Source: Cyanidioschyzon merolae
Lineage: Eukaryota
DNA: 64,000 nucleotides
Assembly (NCBI GenBank): GCA_000091205.1
Contig: AP006502.2
Direction: 5' to 3' (one strand)
Shown here: positions 31,678 to 40,524 of the stretch, one piece after another
Layout: every line of letters starts with the position of its first letter
Numbering within the stretch: the stretch's first letter is position 1
Made by a program: the position numbers and the translations under genes
The notes under the pieces: generated by a model
What the model was told of the DNA's origin: nothing
Database searches by the model: none
Seen by the model: the letters and a program-made list of their open reading frames with translations, nothing else

Positions 31678-32409
31678 ATGAGTCGCTCTGTGTGGTTCGA
31701 GAAGCTGCGTGCTGGCATCGGTACGGTCGCGACGCCGCTGCCGCTGCCAAACACCGCGATTCGACGCAGCCAGAGTTGGAGCCGTCGGTTTGTGGCGCGT
31801 ACGATTGTCGCATTTATAACAGTAGCTGGTTTGGCAACCATAGCTTGGCACTCAAGTTCTTGGCGAGAGGCTGTGTTTCCCACGAAAGTGTTCTCGCAGG
31901 CAAGCACAGAGGCAGCCGCAGCGGCACCCGATACAGCACGAGCGGCACCAGGGTTGCCGCGGACAATGCTCACCAAAGCACCGGGAAAGATCCCTTTCCA
32001 GGACGAGAAACCGCCAACCAGGGCAGAGCTCGGTCGAGCGGGATGGACGCTTCTTCACTCGATAGCGGCAAACTATCCAGAGGTGGCCACACCAGAGATG
32101 CAAACCCATGCTCGTCAATTCATTGCATCTTTTGCCGCGCTTTACCCGTGTCCGACCTGTCGAGAGCATTTCCAGGGATACGTGCGAACCCATCCACCTG
32201 CATTAGAATCCCGAGAGCAATTCGTGAAATGGTGCTGTCGTGCACATAACGCGGTGAACCTGCGTCTGGGGAAACCCACCATTCCCTGTACAGATTTGCA
32301 ACTACTCGACAAACGCTGGCGCGACTGCCACTGCGACGAGCAGGAGCCCCAGAACATGATCCGCGCTGCACGGCGCCTGATCGAAAGCCGCCGCCCAAAC
32401 GCCGGTTAG
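31678..32409 (+). CDS. Erv1/ALR-family FAD-linked sulfhydryl oxidase with N-terminal membrane segment
   Basis: The C-terminal domain reads ELGRAGWTLLHSIAANYPEVATPEMQTHARQFIASFAALYPCPTCREHFQGYV...REQFVKWCCRAHNAVNLRLGKP, which gives the Erv1 CxxC pair and the W..H / HN.VN signature. The start is placed at the first ATG (31678) after the track's TTG and is uncertain, and the 5' end abuts the Fanzor arm. Confidence 0.65.
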   Translation: MSRSVWFEKLRAGIGTVATPLPLPNTAIRRSQSWSRRFVARTIVAFITVAGLATIAWHSSSWREAVFPTKVFSQASTEAAAAAPDTARAAPGLPRTMLTKAPGKIPFQDEKPPTRAELGRAGWTLLHSIAANYPEVATPEMQTHARQFIASFAALYPCPTCREHFQGYVRTHPPALESREQFVKWCCRAHNAVNLRLGKPTIPCTDLQLLDKRWRDCHCDEQEPQNMIRAARRLIESRRPNAG

Positions 32410-32840
32410 CGCAAGTGGGTGAACATTTTGTTCGCTTCAGCCATTTTGTGCAAGTCTTGGCGCCGCTTCCAAGCAACACCCTGCTGCCGATGGATATCCA
32501 CGAGCTCGGCTGCCAGCCGTGCCGCTGCTCCGCGCTCTCGTCGCTCGGAGCGAACGGCATCCCGGATGGCCCGCAGCGCCAATGCCGTCGCTCGATGTGG
32601 CATAAGTGGACTTGGAACCTGTAGATTGCGACCGCTGAGCCGGTAGCGCGTCAGCTCAACGACTGGCTTTGCCTGCTCGATCGCCTCTTTCGCGTAACTT
32701 GCCGGATCTGGCACCTGATACTCCCGTTTCAAAATCCAAAAAGCCTCATCGACGATGCGTTGCGCAGTGCTTTTCTTCCCGTCCCGCATGAGTATGTTCA
32801 CCAGCTTGGACAACACAGAATCGGCTGTGTAAAGAGACAT
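32406..32840 (-). CDS. rps7: Organellar (bacterial-type) ribosomal protein uS7
   Basis: ATG start at revcomp 32838-32840. The sequence KLVNILMRDGKKSTAQRIV...VELTRYRLSGRNLQVPSPLMPHRATALALRAIRDA...AARLAAELVDIHRQQGVAWKRRQDLHKMAEANKMFTHLR is collinear with bacterial S7 from the FVNILM block onward. The first ~25 residues of canonical S7 are absent. Confidence 0.75.
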   Translation of the reverse strand: MSLYTADSVLSKLVNILMRDGKKSTAQRIVDEAFWILKREYQVPDPASYAKEAIEQAKPVVELTRYRLSGRNLQVPSPLMPHRATALALRAIRDAVRSERRERGAAARLAAELVDIHRQQGVAWKRRQDLHKMAEANKMFTHLR

Positions 32841-33901
32841 AGCGGAAGCGTCAGTGCACCGACCGGGCAGGATCGTGCTCGAGGTATGCTCTAGACGGCG
32901 CCCGAAAGCGCCCGCAGCCCCTCGAGTCGTACCTAGCTCGTTGACGGTCTAGGGCAACCGTACGTTGTTTGCGAGCCCGATTGTGTTGTTTTCGAGGCGA
33001 TAAACGTTTTCGTGTCTGTCCGGGGTTGCAAAGGTACTCGGAACGGTGGCGGGTACGCTATAGTGGTCGCTCCTTCCTCGACGGCGATAGCCTCGAACCT
33101 CGAAAACAGCCAGCTGACCAAAGAGCTGGGCAGCTTGAGAATCAGCAATGACCCGTCCAAGTAAACACACAACCTCGTCTTCTCCTAGTGTCTCGTCGCG
33201 GGCACAAAGCCCAGACTCGAACGCTTCCCAGTAACAACGACACGAGCCCGTCCAGAACGAGTGCAGCCATGGCGTCGCGCGAGCATGTCGCTCGGGCATT
33301 CGCCTCGCAACGCCGGTGTGCCCATTATCGAGTCGTGCGCTCTGCGTTCAGTACTACGCGGCGGCGGCGGCGGCAATGTACTGCGGATTCGAAACTCGCT
33401 GTTCGATGGCGACAGGTGTCTACCTGTTGATGCGTCTGTTCGAGTCGGTGCTCCCGAAAAGTGTCGGGAGCATGATGGAGGTCGCTCCTCTGCTTACCGA
33501 CAGGCATCTGGCATCCAGGCAGATTCTGGTACGACGCATCGACTTTCAGGCATAGAGACGCCGCAGTACCGCACTCGACACAGTCCTATCGAAGCACACA
33601 GAAAGCGCTCGAAGCGTCGATGCTCCAGCGACGAACTCGAAATGTCGGATGTTTACCATCTCGGGTGGTGGACTCGCATCCGGCGATTCGCGGGTTGCCC
33701 GCGGAGAGAGCCGGGGCACCAACTAAGCTTGTGCTATTTTATCCATGAAAATACATTTATTTACCTAGCCGCTCATCGACGCGTCATGGCGTTCGCGCAC
33801 AGCTCGCTAAGCGCAGCACGTGTGCATCGCTCACCAACGTGCAACCTGGGCGTGTGTGCGCGTGTTTCACGCAAAGGTGTGCGGTGGACGCGAACCCTTC
33901 G

Positions 33902-34756
33902 ATGTGTACAAGGGACACGGCAGCGTTCAGCCAAATGGTAACCTGTTTCGTGGCAGTTTCGGCTCCGGGGCGAGTACGCTCGACCAGCACGCCGCAGAAG
34001 TTGGTGTTAGCGCAGCGTCCGACTGCTCCGCGTCTGGGGGCGTTCGCTCTGCGCGCGAAGCGCCGGGGCCACTCCCGGTTGAGTCGACCAGTTTCGGCTG
34101 GAAGCGACCTACCGCGACGACCTTCACGTGTCGCCGAACAGATTCGACGAGATCTGGCGGAGATCTTTCTGCACGAGCTGGTCACGTTCAAGAAAGTCGG
34201 AAAGGAACTGGTTCCGCCGACGTTCAGAACCAAGGATATTTCAGTCCTAGAAGTGAGCGTCACATCAGACTTACGGACTGCCCAGGTCGAGATAAGCGTC
34301 CTCAGTGCAGAGCCAAGTCCCCGTTCCTGCGTCGAGTGGCTGATGCGAAATCGTTGGGAAATTCGACACGCACTGGCCCAACGGATGCGGCACCAGAAGT
34401 TCGTTCCTGAACTACGCTTCCGCGAGTCTCGCGTGCCACAAGTCATGCGCACGCTGCAGCTTATCGATCGGCTCGCTGCGGAACGCCGGGGTCGTGAATC
34501 AACAGCATCTGAAGACCCAGAAATAATGCAGGCCGCCGCAAGCCCAGCTAGTGACTTTGAAACCGACGATACGATTCGACCAGAGGAACTGTTTTTAAGC
34601 TTACCACCCGCTAAACCTGATGCTGAAGAAACCGACATATTGGGCGATGATGTTGCCAGCATCGGTAGTGACTTTGAAACGGACGATAGAATTCGACCAG
34701 AGGACCTGTTCGTACGCAACCTGCCCGCAGAAACTGATGGTGAAGAAACCGACTGA
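33902..34756 (+). CDS. rbfA: Ribosome-binding factor A (RbfA) homologue with N-terminal presequence and C-terminal acidic tandem repeats
   Basis: The RbfA core is RVAEQIRRDLAEIFLHE...RTKDISVLEVSVTSDLRTAQVEISVL...CVEWLMRNRWEIRHALAQRMRHQKFVPELRFRES. The track's start is a GTG. I used the ATG at 33902, and 33935 is an alternative. The C-terminus repeats SDFETDD(T/R)IRPE(E/D)LF twice. Confidence 0.7.
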   Translation: MCTRDTAAFSQMVTCFVAVSAPGRVRSTSTPQKLVLAQRPTAPRLGAFALRAKRRGHSRLSRPVSAGSDLPRRPSRVAEQIRRDLAEIFLHELVTFKKVGKELVPPTFRTKDISVLEVSVTSDLRTAQVEISVLSAEPSPRSCVEWLMRNRWEIRHALAQRMRHQKFVPELRFRESRVPQVMRTLQLIDRLAAERRGRESTASEDPEIMQAAASPASDFETDDTIRPEELFLSLPPAKPDAEETDILGDDVASIGSDFETDDRIRPEDLFVRNLPAETDGEETD

Positions 34757-35590
34757 TCGGCTGATATCCTCATCACCTGCGTCGCGACGTTGCAGTCGAC
34801 ATAGACCGGAACGCAGCCCCTGGTCTAGTCGAAGTGTGCGCGCCTTCGAGTGAGCCGCGCACCGCTGCCTGCAGCTCAGACGCGTTTTGGATGCTTCTCT
34901 CGTCGAGCGATATTCAGCACCAGAGGATGCGACGGGTAGCATCATGTGCCTATATCCAAACGGTATTAAACGAGACACGCTTCCATAACGCTTTCGTCGA
35001 ATAAATAGGCAAAACTGCAGCGCTTGTGCGCTCCTAGCTGTTGAAGACGGGCGCGCTGGTGACCGAGCCCCCGAGCACGCCTTGCTGCAGCGCCTCGACA
35101 AGTCCACCAGATGATATTCGTCATCGAGAGGCGATGAACGACAATCCATGGCGAAATGATCTGCGGGAAATCGCAACGCGCTTGACAATATGCTAAGGGT
35201 TTCCAAAGTGCAAGCGTCCTGTGGGCGTTTAGGCGCTCGATCGATGGGCAATCAAGCAATCAAGCAACAAAAATGGCCACAAGTTCGACCTGGCGCCCAC
35301 GATCCAGCACCTACCCACGAGCTCGGCGTTGCGCACAGCGTATGAAAGCGCACACCATGATGTGCGCTTTCATTTGCATACACATGTTCGCAGCGAGGCA
35401 TGCAGCGCAACGACATGAGACCCAGAGGCCAACCCAAAGACATCTTCGAGAGAAGTACAGCGCAGGCGATTTTCAAGGATGTGATACGCTCCTGAATGCA
35501 TGCAATCGCGTCTGGATGACGTCTGAAAAGCTGCATCGAATGCATCTTGGATGCCATTGCACCAGAAGCGGCCTGCGATCAAGACGTGCT

Positions 35591-37675
35591 TCAACGGCTG
35601 CTTGCCGGCCTTCGAGGCCAAAGTCGCTGCAAATGAGCTGCAGTTGTTGCCACTGTGGGAACAATTTGCTCCGGTTGAATCCAATCAATGAAGGCCCGCA
35701 ACTCCGAATACGATGAATGTTCACTGTAGGGAAGTTTGTACAGGATACATGAGTGATTGCTTGGCAACACGAGTCGCTCCAGTAGGGAACACTTGTCTGC
35801 GGGACTGCCATCGAGACGCTGGCAACCTCGTGGTGGCCTCGATGCCTGACACCACCCGGTAGCCATGACGCCGATCACCTGTCGAAATCCGAGCGACTGG
35901 GCTCGCCTCATGAACCGCAGTAAACGCATCGGTTGAACGTCCGCCATCCGCACAAGATGAACACACGAAGCCTCCACCCGCTCTGTAAGGACGTCACTAA
36001 AGCGCCAACTATCCGTTGGCAATGATCGCACACAGTCGAGCAGGACTCGACGCTTGCGTTTCCAGGAGGGATCGATGTAGACATTGGTACCCAGGGCTTT
36101 TGCTAACGACGCCCAAACGCGCTCTTTCCCGATGAAATAGGTACCACAGAGAAACAGACTGGGTGCCCGCGCTGCGTCGCGTTGTGCTGTTTCGACGAGT
36201 GCCCGCAAGACCGCCTCCTGGGGCGGGAAATCATACCGCGGATCGCTGTACGTTGTATCGATATGCAGGTATGCGACTCGTTGCACGTGATCGCCTTCAG
36301 TAGCCGCAAATCTGCGTAGAACGGGATCTCTATTCATACAGATCGGGTTGTACCGCATATCACCACAGTGAATTATAGTTTGGCCGGTTTCGAATACCTG
36401 AAAGATCAATATAACTGCACCGGGACAGTGGTTCGCGTCACAAGCCAAGACGCGAGCAACAGGTTTCGCCCCAGGCGAACCGGGACGATCGACAATGGTA
36501 ATCCCATCGGGATCACCAACTGGTAAGCGCACCAGCACTGCGTCATCGAACTGGTACTCCACTTGGAGAATGCTCACTGTAATCGGACTCGCGTACAGCC
36601 GTCGATCACATCCAGGGCGAAAGTGCGTTCGACGCAGGCCTCCATAGTGATCAGCGTGATAGTGCGTGAGAAAGAAATGATAGTAGCCGTCATTGGCCCG
36701 AATCGGGACCCGAAACGAGTCAACCACACATCCGGGTAGGCCGGCGACATGCTTGCTTGGGTGATGGCGGCTTCGAGTTCCATGCATGTTTGAAAGCTGC
36801 CGTGGGTCTGGAGTCTTTCCCGAGCCCGTCTCTATATTCACACTCCGTCTCAATGTCTTGCCAGACTCAAGGTGAGCTTCATCTGCATGGCTGCCGTCAG
36901 CGAGCCGCAGTGCCAGTGATTCCAAAGGTCGTCCTCCCGTTTCTCCGGATGTGTCCGAGATCGGAACGACGGTCGAGGCCACCATACGGCGACTGACGAG
37001 CGTTCGGGCAACAGGTTCCGCGACTCGTCGTTGAATGCCCCACTCGAAGAGCGTCTGTTGACGAGCGCTGGACGCTTCGTGGCGCACGTTTCCGGCGCTC
37101 GAGTTTTTACGCTTCTGTCCAACGCTAGGCTTTGCCTGTCTTGGAACGCGCTCTGTTCGCTGTTCAGGAGCAGGTGCCGCTGCACTGGTCCGTGAGAGCC
37201 TCTCCATAGCGTGGCTTCCAGTTTCGAGCAAGGCGGAGCCTCTCACAGGATCGTTCGTCAAACTATGACCCACGGTATCAGCGTTCTTCTGGTTATCTAA
37301 TTGTCGCGGTTTGGGACGCGCGGATAGCGCTTTTGCAACTTGCTTCTCGCTGATGTCGATCGAGCCGGCAACCGGCTTCGAGGTCACCGCTCGCTCTTCG
37401 AGAGTCCTGGATATCACCGTCTCCGGTCTGAGACTGGTTGCCAAACCCCCGCTGGTATACTGTTGTGCACTGCGCTCGACTGCTAATGTAAGGCAGCGGC
37501 GCGCTCCAAGTGCCGTTACACCAAGCGCTTGCAGTGCTTCATCGAGGCAGTTTTCCCGCCAAAGTTCGATGAGCGCTGCAAGTCGTACGCCATCGCCCTG
37601 CGAGAAGAGCGGTAAATATACCGATGCCTCGAGACCGGCATCCGCTAACCACTGCGCAGAGAGCTCTTCATCCAT
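35591..37675 (-). CDS. SNM1/PSO2/DCLRE1-type DNA cross-link repair metallo-beta-lactamase nuclease
   Basis: The track's start at 37693 is a GTG, and the first ATG is at revcomp 37673-37675. The beta-lactamase block FFLTHYHADHYGGL is followed by the beta-CASP/DRMBL region (...IHCGDMRY..., ...LHIDTTY..., ...VIGVMATGW..., ...YSEHSSYSELRAFIDWIQP). The N-terminal ~300 aa is low-complexity. Confidence 0.8.
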   Translation of the reverse strand: MDEELSAQWLADAGLEASVYLPLFSQGDGVRLAALIELWRENCLDEALQALGVTALGARRCLTLAVERSAQQYTSGGLATSLRPETVISRTLEERAVTSKPVAGSIDISEKQVAKALSARPKPRQLDNQKNADTVGHSLTNDPVRGSALLETGSHAMERLSRTSAAAPAPEQRTERVPRQAKPSVGQKRKNSSAGNVRHEASSARQQTLFEWGIQRRVAEPVARTLVSRRMVASTVVPISDTSGETGGRPLESLALRLADGSHADEAHLESGKTLRRSVNIETGSGKTPDPRQLSNMHGTRSRHHPSKHVAGLPGCVVDSFRVPIRANDGYYHFFLTHYHADHYGGLRRTHFRPGCDRRLYASPITVSILQVEYQFDDAVLVRLPVGDPDGITIVDRPGSPGAKPVARVLACDANHCPGAVILIFQVFETGQTIIHCGDMRYNPICMNRDPVLRRFAATEGDHVQRVAYLHIDTTYSDPRYDFPPQEAVLRALVETAQRDAARAPSLFLCGTYFIGKERVWASLAKALGTNVYIDPSWKRKRRVLLDCVRSLPTDSWRFSDVLTERVEASCVHLVRMADVQPMRLLRFMRRAQSLGFRQVIGVMATGWCQASRPPRGCQRLDGSPADKCSLLERLVLPSNHSCILYKLPYSEHSSYSELRAFIDWIQPEQIVPTVATTAAHLQRLWPRRPASSR

Positions 37676-38619
37676 CAAGTCTTCGTCATCCACAGTGTCT
37701 TCGTAGCAGCTGAAGCGAAGCCAACGCGCGGCAACGTTCCGCTAAGAACGCGAAGCGCACCAGCGAGCGAACAGCCGCTTCGGGCTGCGCTTGGCTGCCT
37801 GAATCCCGCCTGCGTTCCTGTACTCGTGATTGTCCGAGAGATATCCGTTTCAGCATGAAACAGAACGGCTCCGCTTAGCGAACACGGCTATGTACGCCAC
37901 ATCGTGGGCCCTTTCTCATTGTAAGCAGCATCAGCCTTTGCGGGCTTGTTCTGTGACCGCTTGCTTTTCTTCTCGAATGAATCCGGCTATCTATATGCAG
38001 TGTTCGCCTTTCCCTCTATCCCGGTTATCAGCAGTCGAGGGATGTTGATGGCAGCGTGTAACTTCCGATGCCAAAGTTCCTGTCTGTCGTCGATACATTT
38101 CATGCACAGACGGGAGTTGCGATTGACGGTTCGCTTGCCAGGTGCACCCTGTTTGGGTCGGACGTTGGTGGACCTGTTGCAGCGGTGACACTCGAGTGTG
38201 GTCAGATGTTCCAGTACGAGTCCGCTGCATCTCGTCCTGCTCGGGGCGCTTCTCTGTCGCGCGTGAGGGCTCGCATCATCGCTCCGTATAAACCGTTCAG
38301 GGGTACAGGGAGTTTGCCTCGCTCCCGCATTTCATTACCGCACCCAGTGGCGTACCCTATGATCACCAGGTTTCTTTCGGCATTTCCTGTCGGCGAGTAC
38401 TGCATCTGCTGGGCACGGACGTGCACGCTGTACCATGCGAAAGGGGATTTGCGGAACGCGTGCCAGCCCATGATGAAACCAATACCGGAAGGAAAATCCG
38501 TGATGGTGAACAAGTCGGAAAGGTCGGTGCTTCTACGCTTCCCTCGCACACAGCGGTAGCATACGCTCTGCTGGAAGCGATCGCTGCAGTGGTTGCAGTC
38601 CGACTCCAACACCCTCTTC

Positions 38620-39060
38620 CATGCAATCAGAAGAGACAGGGGCATCTGCGAGTATATCCAGTGATCGGCGTCATACTGTCATCGAAAGCACTTTCGTCGA
38701 CAGTCACGAATAGAATGGGGTATGTCTTTTCTACGGAATGGACCATTCGGCATGACGCGTTCCTTGAATTTGCGGTTTGAGCTTGAGAAGACATCGTCCA
38801 GGAACAAGGGCGAATATTTCTCCTCATTGATGCATCCGCGCGCCTTGCTGCGACCTCGATTTGCCTTGAAACGAAAAGATCGACAACTTGAAGAATGCGT
38901 GATTTGGACACGCTACACCTAACCAGAAGGAGAATATTGGAGGCTTCTTCGTATGCATCCGCGAATGATAAGGGTTATTTAGTGTGCACGTGTTCGAGAG
39001 CTTCGCGTATTATCTTGATTCCGGTGCGAAAACAAATTCCAGCGGCAAAACGTCGAAGGG
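38620..39060 (-). repeat. Diverged partial copy (C) of the 1.07-kb repeat family, inverted orientation
   Basis: About 70% nucleotide similarity of 38880-39050 to copy B 20140-20300, with shared strings gaagaatgcgtg, gttatttagt and gcttcgcg.at.atct.gat.ccgg. The minus ORF 38627-38911 (..SVEKTYPILFVTVDESAFDDSMTPITGYTRR) resembles the copy-D ORF at 43391-43681. The extents are approximate. Confidence 0.4.
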
Positions 39061-40524
39061 CCCGCTTCGAGTAGGCGACTGAGAATCCTCGAACGACGTG
39101 TGGAAACCCAATGCCTTATTGCTGCACATGGAATGCCCACGTCGCACATCGGAAAAAAAGTTCAGAAAAAAGCACAAGGCAGGAATGGCACAAGCAGCTT
39201 AGTGTTCCATTTTTTATCCCATACGTGTGCAGACAGATCCACAACTGGTGTTTCGGTGGCTGCTTCGGTACTTTGAACGAACGAAGCGGTGAAACCGACC
39301 TGCTGCAGACCACCTAGATGCATACGGAGAACGCTCCGGAGGCACGAAAGCATCGCATATGTATATGTATATAGTGCATCAACGAGTCAGGCGTGGTCAT
39401 TGCGTAAACTTGGTTGCATGGATTCCTCGTTGCTGGATGCGCTTCCCGGACGGGTCCGCACAGCGCGTTGCATCTGTACTTGCATAGGGTCGCGTTGCGT
39501 CCTGGCGACCGTGTGGTGCTTGTAGTTGCAGCTTGCTACCGGTTCCGCAATAGGTCTGCAACACCTGGAAAGCCCATATCGCTAACCTGAGGGTCTGGAA
39601 GGTGTAACCGTTGTCCACCAAGCTCCGTTGCTCCGTCTGCCAGCATCAGCTTCACGGAACCGGTGAGAATTCGAAGAAAATGAGACTTGATTTCCGACGC
39701 TTTCATGCTCTCCCTTATAAGGAACTCTTGTAGCGAGGAGCGCTTTCGAACCACTGGTCCGAGAATCGCACGAGTTGCGAAAGTGTTCATCATTAAGAGA
39801 AACAAACTGCAGCGTCGTCGCGAAAACGAGCTGCATATCGGAAGAAATGCCATGATAGGATTGACCAAGGATTGTTGCTAGCTGGACGCCGGGAAGACGG
39901 TACGGGCGAGTGGAAATTCTTCTCCTCGAACAAAACGATGCGCACCTTCGAGTTCGTTCATTTTGAGACTTGTGCCCTGCATCCCAGGACTGTTCCTGCG
40001 AACACATTAGGTCAGTGATGGATGTTTAATAGCGCCAGTGGATATTCTGACCGCGCATGGAAACAAGTATGTATAGAATGCTGCGAGTAATCACCTGTGC
40101 GTCAAGGAAAATAATGATGGTGCCGTGATTTCTCGTGTTCGAATCATCATCATCAGCAGCAGCAGTAGCAGCAGCACTACTTATAGATGCACGCTCATGA
40201 ACGATTACCTGAGCATCATGGAAAACAGCATTGGTCCACGTTGCCCTGCATTGGAAGCATCATCAGTCGATGCGCTGCGAATAGACGCACGATCACCAGC
40301 AGCGTAATCAAAGCAGGCTGCTCCATCACCGAAAAGAAAGTGCGCTCGCTTCAGCGGTCGCGAGGCGAATCGCAGCTGCGTGACGATATCCGCGTTGCCC
40401 GACTTGCTAACCATTATGGATTTGAACATTTGCACCTCACACTGCAGAAACGCTCGGCGCTCCATTTGAACCTTTTTTGGCAACGAGATAATCGCCATGG
40501 AGTGCGAGCTTCTGTCGACCTAGT

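Noticed and set aside
33784-34776. 330-aa minus-strand ORF
   Set aside because: It is antisense to the well-supported RbfA gene. The product is low-complexity (Ser/Arg/Ala-rich) and has no recognisable domain, so it is most likely a GC-driven open frame.
40140-40185. (ATC/AGC)n tract encoding IIIISSSSSSS in a 60-aa ORF
   Set aside because: It is a simple-sequence repeat in an intergenic region upstream of the NAD synthetase stop. The ORF is too short and has no support.
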